NCBI RefSeq assembly: GCF_900232105.1
Contig: NZ_LT934425.1
Span: forward strand, 3,510,001 to 3,542,000
Reading direction: 5' to 3'
From: Candidatus Kuenenia stuttgartensis
GTDB taxonomy: Bacteria; Planctomycetota; Brocadiia; Brocadiales; Brocadiaceae
Length of the DNA stretch: 32,000 nt
Below the pieces are notes generated by a model, which did not search any database, was not told the DNA's origin, and worked only from the letters and a program-made list of their open reading frames with translations. A program made the position numbers and the translations under genes. Below, piece after piece: positions 8,979-18,867 of the stretch (position 1 is its first letter; each line of letters opens with the position of its first letter).

Positions 8979-10034
8979 TCAAGACAATAGGGTCTGTTGT
9001 ATGCTTCGGCGTATACTAACTCCTAACCAAACAACAATAGTGATCAGTATTATATTGGAAAAAATTATTATAACAAAATGCCCTTTCATCCATGGATACA
9101 AATCAGCCAGGATAAACCGTTCAATCCTGTCTTCCAGGTCTTCGTTTCTGTTGATAAAGAGTATATTTTCAACAACCTTGTCCTCCGATACGTCGATAAC
9201 CATTGCGTGGTGAAAACAGCCATATTTATTCTTTTTGAGGTGTGCGCCACCACCACCGGTAACCAGATACACGGTATTCCCTTTCTTTACTCTTGCGTAC
9301 CCATGATAGTCGCCTGTTATTACATAGTCTGCATGCAGTTTTTCCACCAATGAAACGAACTCCTCTGAGCCTTCAAATTCTCTGGCATCGATGACGGAAG
9401 AAACCGGTGGCGGAATATGTGAAAACACAAATATCATCCTGTGTCGTGATGAAGCGTCTTCCGAAATGAGTTTTTCCAGGAACAGGAGACTCTCTTTTGT
9501 GGAATATGGCTTGTCAAGGATACGGAGAAAGACAAAGAGGCATTCCTGATAGGTAAAGGAAAAAATACTCGGGCCGTAGACCTCTTCAAATCTCGATATA
9601 GGAAAATTATTAGTATCGATATCATGATTGCCTGCAAGAAAAAAGGTTGGAAATGGAAATGCAATTTCCCTGGCCAACTCCGCCTTGAAATAAGCATGTT
9701 CACCTTCCGTGCCCCGGCGCACAAAGTCCCCCAGAAAGACAGCAAACGACAATGGTTCCTCTTTTAGTTCGTCGGCAATCTTTTCAAAGGTGCCAGTGCT
9801 TTTCGTATCACCAAAAACGGCAAACCGGAATGCTTCCTTAGGTTTTTCCTGTGTCAACACTTCTCTGACGTGCATAAAATTGCCGGATAACGGCGGGAGT
9901 TTCTCGTTTCCCTCAAAACGCTGCAAAAGCAAGGCATATACTTCAAAGGAGAAGAAGCATAAAATGAATAAAACAATCGGGACTGTTACCCTGAGAGAGG
10001 TTGGTTTTTGAATTAACTGGTGAATTCTCATCAT
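8979..10034 (-). CDS. Membrane-anchored calcineurin-like metallophosphoesterase
   Basis: 'FAVFGDTKSTG', 'FAVFLGDFVRRG', 'FFLAGNHDID', 'FVFSHIPP', 'YVITGDYHGY', with TM segments at both ends. Confidence 0.85.
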   Translation of the reverse strand: MMRIHQLIQKPTSLRVTVPIVLFILCFFSFEVYALLLQRFEGNEKLPPLSGNFMHVREVLTQEKPKEAFRFAVFGDTKSTGTFEKIADELKEEPLSFAVFLGDFVRRGTEGEHAYFKAELAREIAFPFPTFFLAGNHDIDTNNFPISRFEEVYGPSIFSFTYQECLFVFLRILDKPYSTKESLLFLEKLISEDASSRHRMIFVFSHIPPPVSSVIDAREFEGSEEFVSLVEKLHADYVITGDYHGYARVKKGNTVYLVTGGGGAHLKKNKYGCFHHAMVIDVSEDKVVENILFINRNEDLEDRIERFILADLYPWMKGHFVIIIFSNIILITIVVWLGVSIRRSIQQTLLS

Positions 10035-10335
10035 GTTACCATTTCCAAAAGAGGATATTTGTCAGAAAAGTAGCTGGATAGCACATACGACAAAAGTAAT
10101 ACGCTGTCAGGAAGACGAGCAAGATTTCTATAGGAAATTATGATATAAGGCGTAATATTACATGAATTCAAGAAAAAAGAAAAATTAATTTTTTGTAATT
10201 TTGATAGAGGTAACAGGAGGATGATTTTATGGCAAAATGCATCTCTTGTGAAATTTAATGGTTAAAATACGTTCATTTTGCCATGAGATACCATATCTTG
10301 CGGTATTAACTGAGACTCTGAAACTTCAAGGCAAT

Positions 10336-11772
10336 TCATGTGTCTTTCACACCAATAAGAAAAAGCATCTTCTTTTTATTATGTGCCTTCCGTTGAAGAA
10401 TTAGCTTTTTTAGAAATGGTTCAGCATCCTTATAAATAGACTTCAGGTCATCTTCGCTGATAACTAAATAGGAATTTGCCTCTGCATTGCACAAATCTCG
10501 AATTGACAGGTGAGGATCTTTAGTATTTAACCTATGAATTCTTTTATATTGTTGTCCTACCCATGCCAATACCTCTGCGTCACCAGACGAGCAGTATATT
10601 TGAGCATTTAATCCGGTAACTTTATAAACTTCCTGTGCAAGATACATTTCTGAGTTTTTATATGGCTGGATTAGGGGCTGGATAGTTGTAAAGTAAAGAG
10701 GTATTGCAATTATCGGAAGAGGTATTATCAACCATGCCGCACGGCGTACTAGTTGGCTTGATTTACAATAATGGACAAGAGCGTTTGCAATACCAAGCGC
10801 AATGAACGGTTCCAGCGGCAAAAAGTAATGAGGCCGTTTTTTTGGAATGCATGAAATAATAACAAAAAGCGCTCCCGCAATTGCGAGTGGGGCAGAGTAA
10901 CCACGACGTCTTAAATCTGCAATTGCGCAAGGAAGGAAAAGTAAGGGCGGCAGTGAATACAGAAACCCGTGACTCAGATAATAAAATGGGTTTCCGCTGT
11001 CCTTCTTGGTCACATTAAGATCCGGCTGAGAAAGTACATTTCTGAGATATTCCCCGTTGTCGCGAAGGTATGCAGGGATCGCCCAGATCGCCAAAACAGC
11101 CACAAGTGCAAAAGCGAACCAAAACCAATCTGACCGGGGTCGTTTGAAGTCTTGCCTGCGAATAGGGGCAAAAACCGCAAAAAGAACGGGCACAAGTACC
11201 CCATAGGGCCCCTTAGTTATTGCCCCAAGCCCTGCAAATAGTCCTGCGGAAACCAACCACAATACTCGTGGAAAGCCTATTTGCTTTTTCATGCCCAGCC
11301 CCAGGCAGAGGCACGACAACAAGATGGAGGCACACAGGATCATGTCGGGCCTTGCTTCGCGGGCCATTTTGCTATACCCTATCGTGCCAAGTAATGCTAT
11401 GGCCCCGATCAATGCGGTGCGTCGGTCGAAAAACAGAAGCCCTATCCCATAGGTCGCCAGTATTCCTATCATACCAGCTACGGCGGAAGGCAAGCGTGCA
11501 ATTGTCATACTAGGCCCACCCATCAAACGGGTGAGTAGCGCCGCCGGCGCATGCATAACCGGTGGCTTGTCATAGTATACTTTACCTAGAAGCCTTGGCA
11601 CGAGATAGTCACCGCTTTCTGCCATTTCCCGGATAATCTCCGCATGGCGGATTTCACGGCTCGACCAATGCCTGTTCTGGCCAAGGGCCAGGAACAGAAC
11701 CACTGCGGAGAGTATTGCCAATACGAATAAATCAAAAAATGGTGTTCGCTGTCTCCTAAAAATATTGATCAT
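10336..11772 (-). CDS. ArnT/PMT-like (GT39) membrane glycosyltransferase
   Basis: 'ALGQNRHWSSREIRHAEIIREMAESGDYLVPRLLGKVYYDKPPVMHAPAALL' plus many TM segments. Start taken at the internal ATG giving MINIFRRQR; the longer track ORF runs into repeat sequence. Confidence 0.8.
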   Translation of the reverse strand: MINIFRRQRTPFFDLFVLAILSAVVLFLALGQNRHWSSREIRHAEIIREMAESGDYLVPRLLGKVYYDKPPVMHAPAALLTRLMGGPSMTIARLPSAVAGMIGILATYGIGLLFFDRRTALIGAIALLGTIGYSKMAREARPDMILCASILLSCLCLGLGMKKQIGFPRVLWLVSAGLFAGLGAITKGPYGVLVPVLFAVFAPIRRQDFKRPRSDWFWFAFALVAVLAIWAIPAYLRDNGEYLRNVLSQPDLNVTKKDSGNPFYYLSHGFLYSLPPLLFLPCAIADLRRRGYSAPLAIAGALFVIISCIPKKRPHYFLPLEPFIALGIANALVHYCKSSQLVRRAAWLIIPLPIIAIPLYFTTIQPLIQPYKNSEMYLAQEVYKVTGLNAQIYCSSGDAEVLAWVGQQYKRIHRLNTKDPHLSIRDLCNAEANSYLVISEDDLKSIYKDAEPFLKKLILQRKAHNKKKMLFLIGVKDT

Positions 11773-11837
11773 TTGAAAACCTCTTTTCCCGAAGAAACCG
11801 TATGTCAAGTTAGTCCCCCTTAATAAATGGGGATTCA

Positions 11838-11873
11838 GGGGGTTGTTTTCTTCTGGCGTTTTTAACAACCCCC
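11838..11873. repeat. Hairpin-forming repeat upstream of the glycosyltransferase
   Basis: GGGGGTTGTT (11838-11847) / AACAACCCCC (11864-11873), perfect 10-bp arms. Contains motifs related to the 12100 and 22435 elements. Confidence 0.7.
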
Positions 11874-11955
11874 TCCCTCCTTTTCGAATGGGGATTTGCT
11901 GCCATGTATGCCCGCTAACCCGCATAAAAAAAATGAAAATTCCTTTACAATGAAC

Positions 11956-12099
11956 TTAGAAACTGACTTTGAACGCTTTTTGGCCGAGTTTATATGCGGC
12001 CGGCAGGACAACGAGTATAATAAGTGTTGAAGCAATAAGACCGCCAATAAGGGCGATTGCCATTATATCTCTTACAACCGTTGTTACCACCCTTCCACT
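11956..12099 (-). pseudogene. Orphan C-terminal remnant of an RND efflux permease
   Basis: Minus-strand translation 'SGRVVTTVVRDIMAIALIGGLIASTLIILVVLPAAYKLGQKAFKVSF*' resembles the last TM helix of RND pumps and is not part of the intact pump ending at 12229. Confidence 0.6.
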
Positions 12100-12199
12100 C
12101 AATGTCATTAAGTTAAGCTACCTGCCGCAAAAGTCCCCCTTAGAAAAGGGGGATAAAGGGGGTTGTTTTTGATCAAATATCCTTAACTTAATGACATTG
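12100..12199. repeat. 100-bp MITE-like element with 18-bp perfect terminal inverted repeats
   Basis: CAATGTCATTAAGTTAAG ... CTTAACTTAATGACATTG, with core 'CCCCCTTAGAAAAGGGGGATAAAGGGGGTTGTTTTT'. CTTCCAC occurs on both flanks (12092-12098 and 12202-12208). Confidence 0.8.
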
Positions 12200-12228
12200 C
12201 TCTTCCACCTATAGCCGTCTCGACTGTA

Positions 12229-15200
12229 TCACAAATTATCTTTGTCCTTGATCCTTGACAGTACCATAAGGAATACAGGAAGCACTATCAATGCAAGGGG
12301 CATCTGCACCACAAGGCCGGAGATGATGGCAATCGCAAGAGGCTGCAGCATGTCAGCGCCCTCACCGATGCCCCATGCAAGGGGAGCAAGGGCGAAGATT
12401 GCCGCAAGGGTGGTCATGGCAATGGGCCTCATTCGGTTCTTGCCTGCCAGGATCAGTCGTTGAGCTGGAGTAATGCCGCCACGCGGCAGATTACGATATT
12501 CCGAATAGAAGAATATCGTCACCTCGGTAACAATGCCCACGATCATTGTCATGCCCATCATGGCGGTGATGGTCAAATCGGTATGGGTGATCCACAACCC
12601 GATAAAGACGGCCACTAACGCGAGGAGGGTTGTCAGCATCATCGCTATGGCTGCCTGGAAACTCTCGAAGAGAAATAAGAGCAGAACGAAGATCAAAAGG
12701 ACTGCTGCTACGAAAACAGTAACAAGATCTCTGAATGCATCCTGCTGCTGTTCGTATAAACCTCCAATTGTATAGTAAACGTCTTTTGGCAGGAAGCCGG
12801 GTTGATCCAGCGCCCTGATGACATCATGAACGGTGGATCCCATGTCTCTTCCGCTGATTCTTCCGGTGACAGCAATCATTCGTTTCAGATTATCCCGCGC
12901 GATCTGTGACTGGCCGGCAACCGGTTCTATATTGGCGATTCGTTTGAGTGGAAAGATATGCCCGTCCAATGACCGAAGTCTCAGGTTTCTAACGTCTTCT
13001 GTTGAAAAACGGTCCTCGTGCGGTATCCACGCACGCAATCCAACCATTTTCGGACCGGATTGAATATTGGTGGCTACGTTACCCCTCAAAGAGTTTTCCA
13101 GCGTTTGCGTCACCTCTCCAGGCGTCATGCCTTCCAGCGCCGCCTTTACCCTGTCCACATGAATTTCAATAGCGTCACCAGCCAGAACTATTCCATCACG
13201 GACATCTACAACGCCGGGTATGTCTTTTATCTTCCGGGCAGTTTTCCTCGCCAGGCGTTGCAGCAGGAGGCCGTTGTCTGAAAACAACTTAATTTCGATT
13301 GGTTGAGGAACGGCCGTCAGGTCTCCGATAATGTCCTCCATAAGTTTGGCCATCTCAATTTCTATACCGGGGACCTCATGCACTACATGGTCTCTGATTT
13401 CATCCATAACATCATCGAGACCGCGTCTTGGCATAGGTATTAGCCTGATGAAGAAATCGCCTTCATTGGCCTCAGTAATGAAACCACCCAAGCTTAGTCC
13501 GGTCCGCCGCGAGTATGTCTGGACTTCCGGAGTTGTCTGCAGGATTTCTTCCACCTGCTGTAGCAGCCGATCGGTTTCTGATAGTGATGTGCCCGATTTT
13601 GTGCGATAGTCCAGGATAAAGCCTCCTTCATCCATAGAGGGTAAGAAACCCGAACCCGTATGTTGATACGCAAAATATCCCAGTGTAAGAAAAGGCATGA
13701 TTACCAGCGGGATTATCAACGGGTTCCGCAATATAATCCGCATCAGGGCATCGTAAAGGTTGTGTGCCGCGGTGGTCATGTGTCCTCCCTCCGCTTGTTC
13801 CGTGTCCTTTTGTTTCAGCAAATGGCGCCCGAACAGCGGCACAGCCAGCCAGGCTATTAAGAAAGAGACGGCAAGGCACATGGCCATCGTCAAAGAGAGC
13901 GCCTTGAAGAATGCTCCGGTGACGCTGTTGAGAAATGCCAGCGGCGCAAAGATGATAATTGTTGAGGCGGAAGAACCTGCCAACGGAAGGGTAAATTCGG
14001 CCGCTGCCTCATGAATGCGCTCCGCATAATGGCCGCTGCTTCCACGCAAACGCCTGATGATGTGCTCAATCATAACGATGATGTCGTCAATGATCAGACC
14101 TACGGCTGCCGCCATGCCGCCAAGGGTCATGATATTGAGGCTCATGCCCAGCCATGCAAGAATCTGTACAGTGGCAGCCAGCGACATGGGAACGGTTATC
14201 ACAGCTATCAGGGTCAATTTCAGATTGCGAAGAAATATGAGAAGAACCAGTACCGCCAGTCCAATACCGATTCCAAACGCGTCTCGTACACTGCGCTCAG
14301 ATGCCAGGATTAAATCGCTTTGATTATACCAGTTTGAGACACTGACATCCGGGGGTATAATCTTTTTTAACTCCTTGAGTTTTACCCTGCATTCATCGGT
14401 TATATGAACCGTGTTTCCGCCTGGTTGCTGATAAACCTGGAACAAAACCGCTTCGTGTCCATCCGCGTTCACACGCGTCCATTGCGGCATTGTGCCTTGG
14501 CTCACCGTGGCAACATCTTCCAGATACACCACTCCATTTATGTTGGAACGTAGTATTGTTCGTTCAATTTGACTGATGTCCCCAAACTGCGTATCGGAAA
14601 GTACAAGATACAGTTTATAGTTTTCTTCTATACGGCCCACGGCCTTAATGACGTTTGACCCGGAAACTGCTTTAACCACATCATCAATGGTTAATCCGAA
14701 TGAATTCAGTTTTCTCGGATTTACAACGATCTGGTACTCCTCGACAGCGCCTCCCAACACACCGACACGAGCAACGCCCGTAACCGTTGATAAAACAGGC
14801 CGAATACGGAACAGGGCAATATCACGTAATTCCACAAGAGAACGTGTATCCGAAATTAAGCTGTACCCCAATACCGGAAATACCGTGGGATCCATTCTTC
14901 TCACCAGAAAGTTTATCCCGGTTGGAAGCGATCCACGCGTCTGGTTGATAGCCGATTCCACCTGAAGCATGGCCGATAGCATATCCACATTCCAGTCGAA
15001 ATTTACGGACACGTTTGCGCTTCCGCGGCTGGTGTTTGACCGTACGTTACGCACACCGGGCACGGAACGTACGGCCTCTTCAACCGGCTGTGTAATCTCT
15101 ACTGCCATACGTTCCACAGGGCAGTCTCCCGCCTCTATGTTCACAAAAACTCTGGGGAAATTCATTCGTGGAAAAAGGCTTATGGGCATACTCATTCCGG

Positions 15201-15282
15201 CGAAAATGCCTGCGGCTGCAAAAGCCGCCAGTGCGAAGAGGATAGACCGGTGATGACGCTGCGCCCACTGTGGGATTGTCAT
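12229..15282 (-). CDS. Efflux RND transporter permease (AcrB/MdtBC-like superfamily)
   Basis: 1017 aa: 'MSMPISLFPRMNFPRVFVNIEAGDCPVERMAVEITQPVEEAVRSVPGVRNVRSNTSRGSANVSVNFDW', 'MSLAATVQILAWLGMSLNIMTLGGMAAAVGLIIDDIIVMIE'. Start overlaps the upstream gene's stop. Confidence 0.95.
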   Translation of the reverse strand: MTIPQWAQRHHRSILFALAAFAAAGIFAGMSMPISLFPRMNFPRVFVNIEAGDCPVERMAVEITQPVEEAVRSVPGVRNVRSNTSRGSANVSVNFDWNVDMLSAMLQVESAINQTRGSLPTGINFLVRRMDPTVFPVLGYSLISDTRSLVELRDIALFRIRPVLSTVTGVARVGVLGGAVEEYQIVVNPRKLNSFGLTIDDVVKAVSGSNVIKAVGRIEENYKLYLVLSDTQFGDISQIERTILRSNINGVVYLEDVATVSQGTMPQWTRVNADGHEAVLFQVYQQPGGNTVHITDECRVKLKELKKIIPPDVSVSNWYNQSDLILASERSVRDAFGIGIGLAVLVLLIFLRNLKLTLIAVITVPMSLAATVQILAWLGMSLNIMTLGGMAAAVGLIIDDIIVMIEHIIRRLRGSSGHYAERIHEAAAEFTLPLAGSSASTIIIFAPLAFLNSVTGAFFKALSLTMAMCLAVSFLIAWLAVPLFGRHLLKQKDTEQAEGGHMTTAAHNLYDALMRIILRNPLIIPLVIMPFLTLGYFAYQHTGSGFLPSMDEGGFILDYRTKSGTSLSETDRLLQQVEEILQTTPEVQTYSRRTGLSLGGFITEANEGDFFIRLIPMPRRGLDDVMDEIRDHVVHEVPGIEIEMAKLMEDIIGDLTAVPQPIEIKLFSDNGLLLQRLARKTARKIKDIPGVVDVRDGIVLAGDAIEIHVDRVKAALEGMTPGEVTQTLENSLRGNVATNIQSGPKMVGLRAWIPHEDRFSTEDVRNLRLRSLDGHIFPLKRIANIEPVAGQSQIARDNLKRMIAVTGRISGRDMGSTVHDVIRALDQPGFLPKDVYYTIGGLYEQQQDAFRDLVTVFVAAVLLIFVLLLFLFESFQAAIAMMLTTLLALVAVFIGLWITHTDLTITAMMGMTMIVGIVTEVTIFFYSEYRNLPRGGITPAQRLILAGKNRMRPIAMTTLAAIFALAPLAWGIGEGADMLQPLAIAIISGLVVQMPLALIVLPVFLMVLSRIKDKDNL

Positions 15283-16388
15283 TGTTTCCGCTCCTCCACG
15301 ACCGGCATACCATCAGATAACTCATAATTTCCCAACACTACTACAGGATCACCTTCTTTCAGCTCTTTTGAGATTATTTCCATTTTCCCGGAAGTTTCCA
15401 ATCCGATTTGCACCAGATGTCTCACGGCATGACCTCCCATGACCGTAAAGAGACTATGTCCGCCGCTATCAGGCAGAATGGCTTCGCGAGGGGCCAGTAA
15501 GGCATTACGGGAACTTACGATAATCTTCCCTTCGATGTAGTCATTGAGCAGCAATTTACCTTCGGACATTGGCTTAACCATCACACTGACGAGACGTGTA
15601 ATGGGATCGACCCGGCGGGTAATTGTCTGGATGGTCCCTTCAATAGATTTAGAGTCTGGTGCAAGAATGGGTTTCAATTTTACCGATTGACTTTTCTCAA
15701 GCCGGTTAAAGTCATCGGACTCAACCCCGAGGCGGACAATGATCTGGTCCTCATTCGCCAGTTGCAGGAGGTTTGTGCCCGCCGGCACGGTTTGACCCGG
15801 CTGCGCTCCGATGAAATACACAATGCCTGCTGAATCAGCCCTGATTTCCTTCATCGATTCAACACCGCGCTCTTTTAAACTATTGAGTTTCTTTTCAGCC
15901 AGACGGCTTCTGAGTTGTACCGGCACCATGTCCTGCTTTGTAGATAACTGTAACTTGATGCGATCGCTCAGAAGCGCCTCTTCCAGACGCACGGATTCAA
16001 GTTCGTCCTGTGCCTGTTTGAATATTAACTGTGTATCAGGGCTGGGCTTGATTATAAGTAACAATTCACCGGGGTTAACAACCTGTCCTGCCGTTACCAG
16101 CACCCTGGTGATAATACACTCAAAGGTAACATTGTATATTTCAATAGTACTCGGAAGCAGTTCCACTATTCCATACGCCGTAAGCGTTTCGTTAATACGG
16201 CCATAGCTCAACGGAACAGTTTTAACTTTTGCCACAGGAGAACTGTCCTCTACGATTACCTGACCGGCGCCTCCGGATACTACGGTTGGCGGTCCAGGCT
16301 GTCTACGCCACCAGTATAATGATAACGACACGATAGCCACGGTTATCGCTATTCCAATTGCCACTTTTACTCGTATTCTTTGAGTCAT
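15279..16388 (-). CDS. RND efflux periplasmic adaptor (membrane fusion protein)
   Basis: N-terminal TM segment, paired lipoyl-like/hairpin segments 'ITRVLVTAGQVVNPGELLLII' and 'ADSAGIVYFIGAQPGQTVPAGTNLLQLA'. Overlaps the permease start by 4 bp. Confidence 0.9.
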   Translation of the reverse strand: MTQRIRVKVAIGIAITVAIVSLSLYWWRRQPGPPTVVSGGAGQVIVEDSSPVAKVKTVPLSYGRINETLTAYGIVELLPSTIEIYNVTFECIITRVLVTAGQVVNPGELLLIIKPSPDTQLIFKQAQDELESVRLEEALLSDRIKLQLSTKQDMVPVQLRSRLAEKKLNSLKERGVESMKEIRADSAGIVYFIGAQPGQTVPAGTNLLQLANEDQIIVRLGVESDDFNRLEKSQSVKLKPILAPDSKSIEGTIQTITRRVDPITRLVSVMVKPMSEGKLLLNDYIEGKIIVSSRNALLAPREAILPDSGGHSLFTVMGGHAVRHLVQIGLETSGKMEIISKELKEGDPVVVLGNYELSDGMPVVEERKQ

Positions 16389-16392
16389 TGCG

Positions 16393-17829
16393 CTATTCCT
16401 CTATACTGTATATTCCGACGGCAAGTTCAAATGCGAAACGTGAATCCGCCAGTTGTTGTTTCAGGAGAATCAGGTCAATACGTTTTTGCGCCAGGCTGCT
16501 CCATGTATTGTAATAGATAACTACATCTGAATAACCTTGTTCCAACGCCTGCCGGTAAGTGAGAAGGAGCTTTTCCAATACTTGAACGGCCTCTTTGGAG
16601 GCAGTAATCCTGTTGTTGAGAGAAAGCATGATTTTTAAAAGTTTGGCGGCAGTTAATCGTGCCGCAAAAACACTGTTAACATATTGATCAAAGAGTTGTT
16701 TTCTGGTGGAGCGTTCGAAAGCTATCATTCCCTGATTGCGATTAAAGATGGGCACTCCTATGGTAATACCCGGACCGGCGTTATAGAAACCGCCAAAGTC
16801 TTGCGCTTGATTGACGCCCAGGTTTATCATCGGGAACTGTGTAAGAATCGCCTCCCTAACCGTCGCTTCCTGGCTTTTGTAACCTTGGCGTAATGCTAGC
16901 AAATCCAGCCGACGTGTATCAAGGCTTGCAGTCAACTGTTCGAGTGATGAAATATCAATGTTATCCATCAATTCAATGTTGTCCTGCAATTTTATCTCAT
17001 AATCGGGAGGGAGGCCGAGAAGCTGTTTCAACGTCAGGAGCTGCTGACCCGATTCCTGTGTGATTTGTAACAATGCAACTTGCGCCTGATTATAGGCAGC
17101 CTCGGCTGCGGCCAGGTCAAGTTTTGTAAGAAGGCTATTCATAACCGCCTGACGAACACGGTGGACATTTTCAGATAATAGTTGTTCCATTTCCTTTCTG
17201 ACCTGAGCCTGTTTATTCAGGGCCAAAAGTTGGTAAACGGCCATACGCGCCCCCTGTGCCACCTGCATCTCCTTCCAGGCAACAGCAAGATTTACTTCCG
17301 CTTGTTTTGCGGATGCCGCATCCACCCTGGCGGACCGGCTTATCAGGGATTTAATATCCCAGTTGAGATTGGTTGCGAAATTGTTTACGAGACCCTCTGT
17401 GGGCCCCCCGGTGGGAAAATTTATATTGTAAGAGAATTGTGGATTCGGCAATAACCCGGCCTGCAGCAATTGCGCCCCTGCAAGGAGACGGCGGTCTCTC
17501 TCCACCGTCAGGGAGGGATCCAGCAGGACGGCCAAAACTGCCGCCTCATTCGGTGAAAGTCCGTCACGGTCGTCAAAGTCTATAGGTTTCAGAACAGGGT
17601 GATCAATAGATCCGGCCATAATACAAATATCCTTTGTAGAAGGAACGGTAAGTTTCTCCTCTACGACCGCCGAGGTTAGATATCTTGGATGATACGAAGC
17701 GCATCCGGAGAAAACCACCGCCGGAAGAAACATCCAGGTAAGTATCTCCAGGCCCTTAACCCAAAAATTCTTATGTCCTGTGAAAAACAAAAAGAACTTT
17801 TTATAACCTTGTAATACGGCTAAACTCTT
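16393..17829 (-). CDS. TolC-like outer membrane efflux protein, probable lipoprotein
   Basis: Signal and lipobox-like 'FLPAVVFSGCASYH', OMF-like repeats 'EVNLAVAWKEMQVAQGARMAVYQLLAL' and 'FELAVGIYSIEE'. Start chosen at MKSLAVLQG. Confidence 0.85.
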   Translation of the reverse strand, partial: KSLAVLQGYKKFFLFFTGHKNFWVKGLEILTWMFLPAVVFSGCASYHPRYLTSAVVEEKLTVPSTKDICIMAGSIDHPVLKPIDFDDRDGLSPNEAAVLAVLLDPSLTVERDRRLLAGAQLLQAGLLPNPQFSYNINFPTGGPTEGLVNNFATNLNWDIKSLISRSARVDAASAKQAEVNLAVAWKEMQVAQGARMAVYQLLALNKQAQVRKEMEQLLSENVHRVRQAVMNSLLTKLDLAAAEAAYNQAQVALLQITQESGQQLLTLKQLLGLPPDYEIKLQDNIELMDNIDISSLEQLTASLDTRRLDLLALRQGYKSQEATVREAILTQFPMINLGVNQAQDFGGFYNAGPGITIGVPIFNRNQGMIAFERSTRKQLFDQYVNSVFAARLTAAKLLKIMLSLNNRITASKEAVQVLEKLLLTYRQALEQGYSDVVIYYNTWSSLAQKRIDLILLKQQLADSRFAFELAVGIYSIEE

Positions 17830-18144
17830 CATTTCGTATCCCGATTGTATAGGAATATCCATCTTGATTCTAAGACCTTTAGGATTTCAGCCTTTTGTAT
17901 TTTGTATTAAAGGTTGACGGCATTTATTGTCGTAAATGAAAGGTTTTTATTGGCCAGCAGGATATCGTAGAAGGCCATTTTTAGTTTATAGATGATGTCT
18001 GGCTTTGTGCTTTCCAGAGTGAATTTCAGTATTTCTACATTCTTCGAAGCAATGTTTTTACGTGTTGACCGTTTGCCTGGGTATTCTACTCACTGGGTAA
18101 ATTCCAGCGTTGTCTTTGCCGTCCCAAATTCACTCACACACTAC

Positions 18145-18867
18145 TCACTTCAATCTCAGTATTTTGCTCTTTTTCAGGTGCCAGGCAGTACAAAACCCTA
18201 AAAATACCATCAGAAGAAAAACGGACAAGATCAATAATGTGTATTTACTTGTCTCATAGCCCCTGCCAAGGTAGATATTCTTAATAATGAGAAGGAGTAC
18301 GCCGGTTATCCATAAAAAGGTAGTAGTATATTCCTTGATAATAAGCCTTCTCCAACTGAACTCCATACTTTGAATGGTGGTAAGCAGGCCTGAAAAGTCC
18401 GGAATAATCCTGTTGACCCGTTTACAGTAATCCTTGAACTCTTGTCCGAATTTATTTTCAAGGTAGTTCTCCTCTGAACATATGATTGCCATATAGGCAA
18501 ACAGGAAAAACGGTATACCAAACAAGACAAATAGCAATGAGTTTGCGACGACGCCAATACCCGTGAAAATCAAAAGATTTCCCAAATAGAGGGGATTTCT
18601 GCAATGGGCGAACATGCCGTTTTGCACAAGTGTTTTCGCATATACCCGTTTATTCTTGCCACCACGCTTGATGTAGTCCAGTCCTATTGTAAGCGCCCGT
18701 AATGCCTGCCCGCTTAATGCCACGATAATGCCAATGACAATTTCCAGGTTTTCTATGAGTTCGTTTTCACATATCGGCCACGTTCCCTCAAAAAAAAGCA
18801 GCACAAATACCAATGGAAAAAGGACATTCCGGTATCGAAAAAAGAACGTACCTATTGGAATCATCAT
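18145..18867 (-). CDS. Isoprenylcysteine carboxyl methyltransferase / phospholipid methyltransferase-like membrane protein
   Basis: 'LVQNGMFAHCRNPLYLGNLLIFTGIGV...SEENYLENKFGQEFKDYCKRVNRIIP' is characteristic of the ICMT/PEMT fold. ATG overlaps the CmoA-like stop. Confidence 0.8.
   Translation of the reverse strand: MMIPIGTFFFRYRNVLFPLVFVLLFFEGTWPICENELIENLEIVIGIIVALSGQALRALTIGLDYIKRGGKNKRVYAKTLVQNGMFAHCRNPLYLGNLLIFTGIGVVANSLLFVLFGIPFFLFAYMAIICSEENYLENKFGQEFKDYCKRVNRIIPDFSGLLTTIQSMEFSWRRLIIKEYTTTFLWITGVLLLIIKNIYLGRGYETSKYTLLILSVFLLMVFLGFCTAWHLKKSKILRLK

Noticed and set aside
12242-15325. Plus-strand ORFs opposite the RND permease, plus the alternative minus-strand ORF 13628-13879
   Set aside because: Antisense or out-of-frame shadow ORFs in a long, well-conserved gene; no independent motifs.
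17900-18090. Minus-strand open stretch '...VEILKFTLESTKPDIIYKLKMAFYDILLANKNLSFTTINAVNL*' between the efflux operon and the ICMT-like gene
   Set aside because: About 60 codons, no start codon with a convincing RBS, no recognisable family.
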